Part shown: piece after piece, positions 8,762-18,007 of the stretch | Layout of the letters: each line of letters starts with the position of its first letter | How positions within the stretch are numbered: the stretch's first letter is position 1 | Source: Terracidiphilus sp. | GTDB lineage: Bacteria; Acidobacteriota; Terriglobia; Terriglobales; Acidobacteriaceae | Assembly: GCA_050014335.1 (NCBI GenBank) | Contig: JBEKDN010000001.1 | Location: 1,980 to 65,979 of the forward strand | Length of the DNA: 64,000 bases | Reading direction: 5' to 3' | Program-made: the position numbers and the translations under genes | The notes under the pieces: generated by a model | Seen by the model: the letters and a program-made list of their open reading frames with translations, nothing else | What the model was told of the DNA's origin: nothing | The model's database searches: none

Positions 8762-10377
8762 AGAACGCCGGATAGCATAGCCGCGGCCGGCAGCGTAAAG
8801 ACCCATCCAGCAGCGATGTTGCGCACGGTCGAGATCCGCAACCCGCTGCCATTGGCCGTCATGGTTCCGGCCACGCCAGAGCTTAAAATGTGAGTCGTTG
8901 AAACCGGCAAACCCCACGAATCGGCGGCAAAAATGGTGCCCATCGCCACAATTCCGGCGGCCGCGCCCTGCGCGTAGGTCAGGTGCTCCTTGCCAATCTT
9001 CTCGCCGACGGTGATCACTACGCGCCGCCAGCCAACCATCGTGCCTAGCCCGAGCGCCAGTGCAACGGCGACTTTAACCCAGTCCGGGATGAAGCGCGTC
9101 GCCTTGTCCACCTTGCTCTTGTAGGTAGCCAGGGCTTTGCTTTCTTCCGTATTGAACACGGGCTGCTTGTTCTCTTTCACCAGCAGAAGGTCGTTTTTCT
9201 GCAGCAATCGGACGGCCTCGCCAGCCACATACATATCGTTGCGGACGTTGGTTTGCTCTTGTGCCGGAACGGACTTGAAAACCTTATAGAGAGCAACTTC
9301 GTGGTTCAGGTCTTCCACCAGTTCCCGCAGCGCGAGAATCGTATCCGGCTGAACCTGCTTTGTGCGTATGTAATCGGTGACCTCGGCGCGCGCATCCTCG
9401 CCGAGAATGCCGTTCTTGTCCACGTGCCTGTCGAGAATGTGTCCCGCCTGCTCGCTCGCGGCAATGAACTGCTGAATGTCGCTCGCCGTAACAGCGTGAT
9501 TCAACGCGTATGCCGTAGGAACGGTGCCGATCAGGATGAGCATGATCAGACCCATGCCTTTTTGCCCGTCATTGGAGCCGTGGAAGAAGCTCACGCCGGT
9601 GCAAGTGAGCACCATCAGCGCGCGAATCGGCCACGGCGGAGGCTGGTCGTCCTTGGGCGCTTCGTACAGGGACGGGTATTTGATCGCATGTTTGGATACC
9701 CATAGCAGCAATCCGGCAAAGGCAAAGCCCAGCACCGGCGAGATAAGCAGCACCTTGAGAACCTTCATCGCCTGTTCCCAGTCCACGCCGCTCGTGCCGC
9801 CGTGCACATTCATCAATTGGTTGGCAATGCCCACGCCAATAATCGATCCAACCATGGTATGCGAACTGGACGCAGGCAGCCCGAACCACCAAGTGCTCAA
9901 GTTCCACAGGATCGCGGCAATAAGCAGGGCAAAGACCATTGCGAAACCCGCGCCCGAGCTGACCTGCAAAATCAGCTCCACCGGCAAGAGCGTAATCACC
10001 GCAAAGGCCACCGTGCCTGTCGAGGCTAGTACACCCAGCAAATTGCAGATACCCGACAACACGACGGCAACGTTGGGCTCCAGCGAATGGGTGTAGATTA
10101 CCGTTGCCACGGCATTGGCCGTGTCATGGAAGCCGTTGACAAACTCAAAGCCAAGCGCAATCAGCAGAGCGAGAGCCAGCAGCAGGTAGGGCCAGATGCT
10201 GGTGATAATCACCGAGTCCAGATCGCGCGCCACATGAAAGGCGATATAGCAGAGGCCGCCTGAAAGGGCCAAAAGAAACGATACCTTGCCCGCGCGGCTA
10301 GGAGTCTTGGTAAGTTTACGATCAAGCAGGGATACGCCCGAAGGCATGGAATTCACCGTGGTAGCCAGGTCGGCCAT
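8734..10377 (-). CDS. pit: inorganic phosphate transporter, PiT (PHO4) family, with a ~140-aa hydrophilic central insert
   Basis: GFHDTANAVAT and FHGSNDGQKGMG signatures, the second repeat ILSSGVAGT, and many TM segments. The insert spans about aa 293-432. Confidence 0.9.
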   Translation of the reverse strand: MADLATTVNSMPSGVSLLDRKLTKTPSRAGKVSFLLALSGGLCYIAFHVARDLDSVIITSIWPYLLLALALLIALGFEFVNGFHDTANAVATVIYTHSLEPNVAVVLSGICNLLGVLASTGTVAFAVITLLPVELILQVSSGAGFAMVFALLIAAILWNLSTWWFGLPASSSHTMVGSIIGVGIANQLMNVHGGTSGVDWEQAMKVLKVLLISPVLGFAFAGLLLWVSKHAIKYPSLYEAPKDDQPPPWPIRALMVLTCTGVSFFHGSNDGQKGMGLIMLILIGTVPTAYALNHAVTASDIQQFIAASEQAGHILDRHVDKNGILGEDARAEVTDYIRTKQVQPDTILALRELVEDLNHEVALYKVFKSVPAQEQTNVRNDMYVAGEAVRLLQKNDLLLVKENKQPVFNTEESKALATYKSKVDKATRFIPDWVKVAVALALGLGTMVGWRRVVITVGEKIGKEHLTYAQGAAAGIVAMGTIFAADSWGLPVSTTHILSSGVAGTMTANGSGLRISTVRNIAAGWVFTLPAAAMLSGVLYWLFRAIS

Positions 10378-10595
10378 CAGATATCACCAATGCGGCCGGA
10401 GAAATTCCGGACACGCCTGGGCCTCCTGAGACGAGACTCGACAACAGAATGCAATGACAAATAGAAAAGGAATCGCTTGTGGCGGGAGAGAGAAAAGCCG
10501 GATAAGTTGGCGTCCATAAAACCCCAACAACCGCATTTCGCGCAGTTGTTTGCGTAGTCAGATGGGAATTCATCTGACTGAAACAATTCTATACC

Positions 10596-10620
10596 GGGTA
10601 GGGGGGGGCTTGGGAAGGGG
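10596..10620 (+). other. G-quadruplex-capable tract GGGTAGGGGGGGGCTTGGGAAGGGG
   Basis: Four or more G runs of at least 3 nt with loops of 3 nt or less. Shares the 12-mer GGGTAGGGGGGG with 12046-12057. Confidence 0.5.
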
Positions 10621-10703
10621 CAAATGGGACGGCGGTGGAAATCACCTTTAAGCAGGTTGGTAGTGTCCCCTTTTGGAACTTGAATCGAATCCCCTACGAT
10701 CTA

Positions 10704-11060
10704 CTAGGAATGGCTGGCTGTTGCCGAGCTCGCCGGGGTTGCCGCGGAAGCGGCGGGACTGGGCGAGGGGGTTGCGGCAGGCGTCGCCGGCGCACTGGGC
10801 GCAGCGTCGCCCTTGGCGTCGGACTTGGACGCGGAGTCCTTTGTCTCCGATGAAGCGGATTCGCCAGACGGCGCGCTGCTCTTGGCGGCGTAGTCGTTCA
10901 CATACCAGCCCGCACCCTTGAAGTGCAGACGCGGCACTGTGAGCGGGCGCTCCAGCACACCCTGGCAAACCGGGCATATAAGCTCCGGCTCGGCTGAAAA
11001 ATTCTGGATCTTCTCAAAGCGATGGCCGCACTGCGTACAGCGATATGCATACAAAGGCAA
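10704..11060 (-). CDS. FmdB-family zinc-ribbon protein with an A/S/P-rich tail
   Basis: A TTG start at 11060 is preceded by GGAGGAG (7-nt spacer) and gives MPLYAYRCTQCGHRFE...ICPVCQG (CxxC-x17-CxxC). The upstream extension in the ORF track is unsupported. Confidence 0.8.
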   Translation of the reverse strand: MPLYAYRCTQCGHRFEKIQNFSAEPELICPVCQGVLERPLTVPRLHFKGAGWYVNDYAAKSSAPSGESASSETKDSASKSDAKGDAAPSAPATPAATPSPSPAASAATPASSATASHS

Positions 11061-11175
11061 AGTTTGTACTCCTCCGGTAGAGCGAATGACCAGTGGAGAA
11101 ACAACCCACTTCACTCATTGTATCGGCAGAGCGGGATTGGTCCGCCAAACCCGCTCCGCCGCGATTTGGACGCTT

Positions 11176-11733
11176 TCAATGCACGGCAATCTTGACCGAT
11201 GCCGAATGGTTCTCCCACTCCAGGGTGAGTTTGCCGGACGTGCCACCTTCATCCGTAAGGGTGTACTTCAGATTCTCCACCAGCGCGGAGGGCTTGCTCA
11301 TCGCGAGTTTCACCCGGCCCAGATCCTGCGCCTTGTCGTAAACCGTGCCCCATTGGCCGGTCTGTTTGTTCACAATCAGCACCCAGTGGTCGGCATCGGA
11401 AATGTCGACGTAGAGCGAGTAGTCGCCCTTGGGCACAGTCAATCCACCAATTTTGAGGTCTGAATCCGTGTGCAGCAAAGTAGCTGAGTTGGCGCCGGCG
11501 CGCCAGACCGGATACGTAGGATCATGGCTAATCAGCCCATCTTTGCCGAAGATCTGACCGGCGCGGCCTTTGACCCTTGGCGAGCTGTAAGCGATCGTGA
11601 TCGCTTTGCCTGCGATGCTCGTCGATTCAGTAGCTGGCGGACTCTTGGGAGGGCTTCTGGGCGCCCCCTGCTGGGCAGACAAGTTAAGCGTGGCGGCAAC
11701 AAGCAGGCCCGTAAGAATCAAATAACGCTTCAT
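11176..11733 (-). CDS. DUF2911-family secreted protein
   Basis: ATG 11733 gives the signal peptide MKRYLILTGLLVAATLNLSAQ. The VWRAGANSATLLHTDSDLKIGG...VPKGDYSLYV pattern is typical of DUF2911. Confidence 0.75.
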   Translation of the reverse strand: MKRYLILTGLLVAATLNLSAQQGAPRSPPKSPPATESTSIAGKAITIAYSSPRVKGRAGQIFGKDGLISHDPTYPVWRAGANSATLLHTDSDLKIGGLTVPKGDYSLYVDISDADHWVLIVNKQTGQWGTVYDKAQDLGRVKLAMSKPSALVENLKYTLTDEGGTSGKLTLEWENHSASVKIAVH

Positions 11734-12045
11734 GTGTTTATCTCCGAGAGGAAGAATCCTGGCCGGAACCGTCGGCTCCGACGCATCGATTGTCGCACCG
11801 TCCGGCCATCGAAGGGAAACCCAAACGGGGAGTCCGCGGGGCAATCGCATGGGAGCGAGACCGGTAGGAACGGCTGCGAAAACTGGCGAAAAGGCGAGTA
11901 TTTTGGACGGAAAGGGCGATTTTTGTGGCCAAAAAGGTGGCAAAATGGGCGGTTTGCAGTTACTGATTGGTAAATACGCTGAAAATGCAAGCGATTGATA
12001 TAAAGCTTGTTACGGGAATTCTTTGTACAAAAAATGGGCTCCACA

Positions 12046-12064
12046 GGGTAGGGGGGGTGGGGGG
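12046..12064 (+). other. G-quadruplex-capable tract GGGTAGGGGGGGTGGGGGG
   Basis: Read directly. Its first 12 nt are identical to those of the tract at 10596. Confidence 0.5.
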
Positions 12065-12152
12065 TAGCGGATTTTTTGGAGAAGAAACAACGAAACTGAA
12101 TTGGGGAAACTGGTGTGTTTGGACGGATGGGATGAGCCAGACCTCGGGTTGA

Positions 12153-12306
12153 ACAGGCTGCGGAAAAAGTCTGGGATTGGGGTGGGATTTCCGAAGTATA
12201 TCCCTCAAGGGCTAAAGCTCGCCCTTTATTTTGAGGCAGTTGTGGCATGACTGAAGTCGTGCCCTGACGCTTGTAGCCTTTTTTGAAGAGTTTTTCCGGA
12301 GCATGT
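12153..12306. repeat. 154-bp element bounded by inverted copies of a 16-mer (ACAGGCTGCGGAAAAA / ACATGCTCCGGAAAAA), MITE-like
   Basis: The left copy (12153-12168) is on the + strand and the right copy (12291-12306) on the - strand. The same 16-mer brackets the IS remnant at 54766-55762. Confidence 0.4.
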
Positions 12307-12448
12307 GAAAACGAGTCTTTGGTCATGGCGGAATCTCCCTTCCCCTATTTACAGGATCTACCAATACACGGTAATTATCCGCAAAGATCCAGAAGAAAAA
12401 TGTAGGGCGCGTTTAAAAGAGATGGCCGTTGGTTCGGCTGCGGGGGTC

Positions 12449-12479
12449 AGCGAGTTAGCGAGTTAGCAGTTAGCTGATT
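12449..12479 (+). repeat. short tandem repeat AGCGAGTT x2 plus two degenerate units (AGCAGTT, AGCTGATT)
   Basis: Read directly in the noncoding gap. Confidence 0.8.
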
Positions 12480-12500
12480 GGCGGAGAGTAGCACTCGATT

Positions 12501-12515
12501 TGGCACGTTTGTTGG
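12501..12515 (+). promoter_or_regulatory. sigma-54-like -24/-12 element with a defective -12 (TGGCACGTTTGTTGG)
   Basis: A perfect TGGCACG with correct spacing, but TTGG replaces TTGC at -12. It lies about 165 nt upstream of the M1 peptidase start. Confidence 0.2.
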
Positions 12516-12679
12516 GCGGGCTTGCTGGGCAGGATTGTGGCAGGGTTGTGGGGCACTCGTATTTTTGAATGCGGTTGCCATATGGGAATCCGAGCGATTC
12601 CCGGTATATCGTATTTCGACGGCAACCCCTCTCATCGCCTATACTCGTTTCACAAAAATGATTCAAGAAGGAGCCTTCT

Positions 12680-15082
12680 TTGCCGATCCGCATTCGTCTG
12701 GCTTTTGTTCTCCTCGTCATTTTTCTTTACAGCGGATCTGTTGCGCTCAATGCCCAACATGCCGCCAACAGCAATGCCAGCTATCAACAGTTGCGTGGGC
12801 TGCTGCCGGGCAGCGAGGTTATCACGGTCAGTAATCTGGAACTGCACCGGGATGCGGCTACCTTCACCTTCCGCAGCGGCAGCTTTGCCTTATATGGCGA
12901 GGTGAACGGCAAGGTAACCGGCGCGGTCTTCAAAGGCGACGGCCATCTGCATATCACTCCGCCCACAGAGCAGGAGAAGCACAATCTCTCCATCCTCAAT
13001 CACACAGAGCAGTTCGACGAGGACTTCGACAAGGTGGTGCTGCGCTTCACCGACTCAACGGCAGCCGATCTGCGCAAAGCCGCCACCGGCAAAGGTGAAC
13101 CGGATTCGGCTTTCTCAAAAGAAGCCGAGGGTCTGCATGATTACGCGCGCCATCAACTCCACAACAATTTTGATTTGCGTTTGCTTCAGGACGTGCTGAG
13201 TCCAGTTCCTGGCGGCTACTTCTTCGCGGCCATTCACGGCAAGAAGAATGGGCATCTTTACTTCGAGTTCGATCCTCAGGGCTCTAGTGGCATTGCGCCA
13301 GAGGAGGTCTCGCTGCTCAGCAAGAATGACTCAGGCGAAACTTACCTGCTGGCTTTTCATCGCGCCGCCGAGTACACCGACGGGACGGCCAGCGGCAACG
13401 AGCACAACGCCGCTTACAAAATCGAAAGTGAAGATCTCGACGTCACCATCGAAAAAAGCGGCTTTCTATCCAGCCTGGCCACCGTCGAGTTGCGTGCTCA
13501 ACAGGATGGCGTCGCGGTGATTCCGCTCGATCTCTATTCCACGCTACGCGTCAGCAAGGTGGAAACCGCCAAGGGCGAAGCGCTCGACTTCGTCCAGGAA
13601 AAGAAGGACGACGATCCGGACTTTGGCGTGGTGCTGACGCAGGCTATCAACAAAGGCGAGACCGTAACTCTCAAGATCACATACGGCGGCAAGGATGTAG
13701 TTAGCAATGAGGGGAATGGGAACTACTATCCGGTTGCCCGTGAAGACTGGTATCCAAATTCCAGTCAAGGTTTGGGCGACTATGCGACCTACAAAATGCT
13801 CTTCCATGTACCAAAGGGTTTGCAGTTGATTGCCACAGGCACCAAGGTTAGCGAAAAGACAGACGGCGGCACGACTACCTCAGAGTGGAGGACGGAAGTA
13901 CCGCTGCCAGTTGTCGGCTTTGCACTCGGCGACTTTATGAGCAAGGAAGCCAAATTCAGCAATCCCAAAGGTGGAGATCTGACCATCGATGCTTACGCCA
14001 ACAAGCAGGCTCCGGACTTTGTCGCTCCTGTTGCAAATATCGGATTGGGCTCACTGACCACCACTCCCATGCTGGCCAATGAACTTAGCCAGGGCGAGGC
14101 TGCCGCGCAGATATACACCAACTATTTCGGTCCTCTGTCCTTCCCGCACATTGCATTGACCCAGCAATCGGCCTGCGACTACGGTCAAAGCTGGCCGATG
14201 CTGGTCTATCTGCCCATCTGCGGCTTCTTCGACGAGACTCAGCGGCATTTTCTTCTTGGCAGCAGCACGTACGATCTGTACTGGACCGTTGTAACACCTC
14301 ACGAGGTCGCGCACCAATGGTGGGGCCAGACCGTCGGCTTCCGCAGTTATCGCGATCAATGGATGAGCGAGGGCTTCGCGAACACCTCGGCCACCATCTA
14401 CATGCAGGCAACGGAGCCCAAGCAAGACAAGTACTTGGAATTCTGGAAGCAGCAGCGCAAGCTTATTACCGAAAAGAATGAGTTTGGCTTTCGGCCTATC
14501 GATGTCGGTCCGCTCACCATGGGCATCCGGCTTAGTTCGCCCAAGGCTGGCTGGGGAATCTACCAGAATCTTGTCTATCCCAAAGGCGCGTACGTCCTGC
14601 ATATGATCCGCATGATGATGTGGACTCCTAAAGACGGCGACGCCCGCTTCAAAGACACCATGCACGACTTCGTGGACAGTCATCGGCTGCAGGCCGCCAC
14701 TACTGAGGACTTCAAGGCCGCCGTCGAACGCCACATGAGTCCGCAGATGGATCTGGATGGAAACCACCGGATGGATTGGTTCTTCAATCAGTATGTCTAC
14801 GGAACGGATTTGCCCACTTATCACTTTGAGGGTCAGGCTACGCAGAATGGCGATGCGACGAGCTTGCATCTCAAGCTGGTGCAGTCGGGAGTCACGGACA
14901 AATTCAAGATGCTGGTGCCGATCTACCTGGAGCTGACCGACGGCAAGATTATCCGCCTGGGATCGTTCACCGTCAGTGGCAATAAGACGATTGAGCAGAC
15001 GGTGCCCCTGGGAAAGCTGCCGGCGCCGGTCAAGAAGGTGGCCATCAACTACTACTACGACGTGCTCTCGATCGAGAATTAG
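12680..15082 (+). CDS. M1-family zinc aminopeptidase, secreted
   Basis: TTG start with GGAG 7 nt upstream, a signal-like N-terminus, the HEVAHQWWG zinc motif and a downstream WMSEGFA glutamate. Confidence 0.85.
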   Translation: MPIRIRLAFVLLVIFLYSGSVALNAQHAANSNASYQQLRGLLPGSEVITVSNLELHRDAATFTFRSGSFALYGEVNGKVTGAVFKGDGHLHITPPTEQEKHNLSILNHTEQFDEDFDKVVLRFTDSTAADLRKAATGKGEPDSAFSKEAEGLHDYARHQLHNNFDLRLLQDVLSPVPGGYFFAAIHGKKNGHLYFEFDPQGSSGIAPEEVSLLSKNDSGETYLLAFHRAAEYTDGTASGNEHNAAYKIESEDLDVTIEKSGFLSSLATVELRAQQDGVAVIPLDLYSTLRVSKVETAKGEALDFVQEKKDDDPDFGVVLTQAINKGETVTLKITYGGKDVVSNEGNGNYYPVAREDWYPNSSQGLGDYATYKMLFHVPKGLQLIATGTKVSEKTDGGTTTSEWRTEVPLPVVGFALGDFMSKEAKFSNPKGGDLTIDAYANKQAPDFVAPVANIGLGSLTTTPMLANELSQGEAAAQIYTNYFGPLSFPHIALTQQSACDYGQSWPMLVYLPICGFFDETQRHFLLGSSTYDLYWTVVTPHEVAHQWWGQTVGFRSYRDQWMSEGFANTSATIYMQATEPKQDKYLEFWKQQRKLITEKNEFGFRPIDVGPLTMGIRLSSPKAGWGIYQNLVYPKGAYVLHMIRMMMWTPKDGDARFKDTMHDFVDSHRLQAATTEDFKAAVERHMSPQMDLDGNHRMDWFFNQYVYGTDLPTYHFEGQATQNGDATSLHLKLVQSGVTDKFKMLVPIYLELTDGKIIRLGSFTVSGNKTIEQTVPLGKLPAPVKKVAINYYYDVLSIEN

Positions 15083-15148
15083 AGGGGAGCCAGCGCAGCG
15101 GGGGGTACGATATACTCCGATACGCAGCAGAAATCAGGAGGTTTCACT

Positions 15149-15658
15149 ATGCGAATTCTCAAAATGGCGGCGGCCAGCGCGCTTGCCGTAGCAATGATGG
15201 CGGCACCGGTTGCGATGGTGGCGCAGGGCGGCGATACGTTGCTGAAGCCGGCCGACGTGCAGAAACTTCTGCCCACGAGCGTCTTTTATCGCGGCCAGCA
15301 GGCACCCACGGAACTGCGCAACTCAGGCGGCGTAAAGTTTGCCGACGGGTTCTATGTTCTGGCAACTCTTGTGGACACCAGCGGCTACTCCACCGGTGTG
15401 CAAGCCAAGTATCAGGCGTATTTCATCGTTGAGGTTCCCATAAAATTGGGCACGGGAAGCCTTGGCGCGGGTGTCTATGGAGTGGGTTTCGTCGGCGACA
15501 AGTTTGTAGTTACCGATGTCGGCGCGCATGATGTGGTCGTCGTGAACTCAACGGAAGACGCCACTATCCGGCATCCCATGCCGCTGGAAGTAACGGCCGC
15601 CCCCGCCGGCGGCTTCCGCCTCTACGCCGGACGCAAGTACGTGACCTTCAGCCGCTAG
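15149..15658 (+). CDS. hypothetical secreted protein
   Basis: AGGAGG lies 7 nt upstream. Signal peptide MRILKMAAASALAVAMMAAPVAMVAQ. No recognisable domain. Confidence 0.6.
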   Translation: MRILKMAAASALAVAMMAAPVAMVAQGGDTLLKPADVQKLLPTSVFYRGQQAPTELRNSGGVKFADGFYVLATLVDTSGYSTGVQAKYQAYFIVEVPIKLGTGSLGAGVYGVGFVGDKFVVTDVGAHDVVVVNSTEDATIRHPMPLEVTAAPAGGFRLYAGRKYVTFSR

Positions 15659-15690
15659 CTTCTCTATAGCCGACGGGGGGCTTGCAATGA

Positions 15691-15730
15691 CATGAGCCTC
15701 AGCTCTCGCATTCGGGAACTGGGGCTCATG
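15691..15730 (+). terminator. hairpin terminator candidate between convergent genes
   Basis: CATGAGCCTCAG / CTGGGGCTCATG forms a 12-bp stem with one G-U pair and a 16-nt loop, followed by the T-rich GCTTTGTCTGTCTGATTT. Confidence 0.45.
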
Positions 15731-15787
15731 GCTTTGTCTGTCTGATTTCTCTTGCTCGTAAGCTCCCCACGCAAATGCAGGACGGCA

Positions 15788-16342
15788 TCACTTGGCCACC
15801 TTCTTGGCTGCGACTTTGAGCTTGCTCTCCTCAAACTGGCGCGCAGAGCGAACCACTTGGTCGCGAGCATAGGCGGCGTCGCGCCAACCCTTGATCTCCA
15901 CTCGCTTGCCTTCCAGATCTTTGTAAATGGAAAAGAAGTGGGTAATCTCCTTCAGCATGTGGGGATAGACATCCGTGTAATTCCAGACATTGGCAAAGCG
16001 CGGATTGTTCTTGCCGACCGCGAGCACTTTTTCGTCTAGAATTCCCTGGTCCATCATCTCCAGCAGGCCGATGGGACGCACCTCCTGCACACACCCCGGA
16101 AAGCTGGGCCCTGGAACCAGTACCAGCACATCCAGAGGGTCGCCGTCGTCGCTCAGCGTGGATGGAATAAAACCGTAGTCGCCTGGATAGTGCACCGGCG
16201 AGTGGAGGTTTCGGTCTAGTTTGAAGACGTGCAACTGCTTGTCGTATTCAAACTTCTGTGTTCCATCGAGAGGAATTTCAATCACCGCGCGAAAGACTTC
16301 TGGGGAGCGGTCGCCGATCGGCAACTCCAAATAATTCACCAT
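15788..16342 (-). CDS. ppa: inorganic pyrophosphatase (family I)
   Basis: ATG 16342 gives MVNYLELPIG... Contains AVIEIP, YPGDYGFIP and DGDPLDVLVL motifs. Confidence 0.92.
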   Translation of the reverse strand: MVNYLELPIGDRSPEVFRAVIEIPLDGTQKFEYDKQLHVFKLDRNLHSPVHYPGDYGFIPSTLSDDGDPLDVLVLVPGPSFPGCVQEVRPIGLLEMMDQGILDEKVLAVGKNNPRFANVWNYTDVYPHMLKEITHFFSIYKDLEGKRVEIKGWRDAAYARDQVVRSARQFEESKLKVAAKKVAK

Positions 16343-16580
16343 TAAATGTGTGTCTCCTCGGGTGGGGTTCAGTCGAGGAAGGGGAATGAGCGGAACCTCC
16401 ACCGGAGCTATTATAGTCGTCGATTTTCCCGGTCAACGCAAGCAAATCGTGATGATAATCGGTAAGACTACTTATCTTTGAAACGGGCTTGTCAGCAAAG
16501 CACGATAAAGAATAGCATCTATAAGTTACGTCACATTCTGGCGAAGCCGGGTCTATGCGGACTCAAGGGAGCTTGGTTCT

Positions 16581-17867
16581 ATGCCAACCAATCCGGAGAC
16601 GGGAATCTATCGCTTCGATGGCCTCTCCAAAGTGCTTGCGCCCAAGGGCAGTTCGCAGTCGCAGCGGCCGCCGGCCGTGGTTGCATCGGTCTTTCAGACC
16701 GGATTGAACCTAATGCGCGACCTTGAACAGAAGGGTATTCGCGTAGTAGGAGTCGATTGTCATCCTGAGAATCCCGGTTTCCGCTCTTGCTACGGACGCT
16801 CCTATCTATCTCCGAACCCTGACACGGAGCCTGAGAAGTGGCTTGAATTCATGCTGGCGCTGGCTGCCGCAATGGGTGAAAAGCCGGTGTTGATTGCCGC
16901 AGCCGACATCTTCGTTTCGGCAATTGGGCGTCACGCGCATATTCTCAGCGAACATTACATTTTTTCTGTAAAGGGCTGCCTTCTCCAGGCCGAGCTTTCC
17001 ACCAAGGAACGTCAGTATGCATTGGCTCGTGAACTCGGCCTTCCATCGCCGCGCTCCGCTTACGTTCAGTCCTTGCATGATCTTCAAGACTTCTGTGAGG
17101 ACGCACGCTTTCCCGTTCTCCTCAAGCCTCGCGCCCATCGCGAGTGGGAGGCTTTGCCGGTGGGTAACCCACTCCGAGGCCGCAAGACCGTCTCCGCAGC
17201 CACTCGCCAAGAGCTCCTCTCCCACTATGAGGAAGTGGTTGCGCAAGTGCCTCAGGCCGTGGCTCAGGAAGAGATCGTTGGGCCCGATTCGGCAAAATAC
17301 TGCTACCTTTCGGTCTACGCGCAAGACGGCCATCGCTTGGGCGCTTGCGTGGTGCGGGAGTTGCGCGCCTATCCTCTGCTTTACGGCTGCGCTACGCTGG
17401 TTGAGCCGGTCGTAGACAATGAGATCGACGAGGCGTGCAACAAGTTTCTCTTGGCGCTGGGCTATGCAGGAGTTTGCGAAATCGAGTTGAAGCGCGACAT
17501 TCGCGATGGTAGGCTTCTTCTGATTGAGGTTAATCCGCGCGTTAGCGGCACGGGAGACTGCGCGCGGTACACTGGAGTAGAAACAGGGTTTATCCATTAC
17601 CTCGATCTCATTGGTGAAACTCCCCCGCCGGTGGCGGCTACCAACTTTGGTTTCCGCCACATGATGCTGGTCAATGACCTTTCAGCATTTCCCAAGTATC
17701 TTGACCAGGGCTTGGTGGGCTGGTGGGAGTATCTCCGCTCGCTGTCCGGGTCGATGGAGTTCTTTGACTTTGATCGGAAGGATTTCTCGAATGCTCGCCG
17801 AGCGGCGCTTCGAGGTCTCCGGGCATTGGCTGGCGGATTGTTGCGGACCTGGGGCCTTCGCAAGTAA
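16581..17867 (+). CDS. ATP-grasp-type carboxylate-amine ligase
   Basis: 428 aa with the pre-ATP-grasp to ATP-grasp order (GIRVVGVD..., FPVLLKP, ...CEIELKRD..LLLIEVNPR) seen in COG3919-like enzymes. Confidence 0.65.
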   Translation: MPTNPETGIYRFDGLSKVLAPKGSSQSQRPPAVVASVFQTGLNLMRDLEQKGIRVVGVDCHPENPGFRSCYGRSYLSPNPDTEPEKWLEFMLALAAAMGEKPVLIAAADIFVSAIGRHAHILSEHYIFSVKGCLLQAELSTKERQYALARELGLPSPRSAYVQSLHDLQDFCEDARFPVLLKPRAHREWEALPVGNPLRGRKTVSAATRQELLSHYEEVVAQVPQAVAQEEIVGPDSAKYCYLSVYAQDGHRLGACVVRELRAYPLLYGCATLVEPVVDNEIDEACNKFLLALGYAGVCEIELKRDIRDGRLLLIEVNPRVSGTGDCARYTGVETGFIHYLDLIGETPPPVAATNFGFRHMMLVNDLSAFPKYLDQGLVGWWEYLRSLSGSMEFFDFDRKDFSNARRAALRGLRALAGGLLRTWGLRK

Positions 17868-18007
17868 AGCGCGAGGAGGATCGCTCACTTCAGCTCTCAC
17901 TTGGCCAGTCTCTCAGCGATCGATTAACGGTGGAGTCTTTTCTATTTCACGGTACGTCCCTAGTAATTAGGGGAAAAATCCAACTTTGTATTCGGGTATC
18001 CAAAGCA

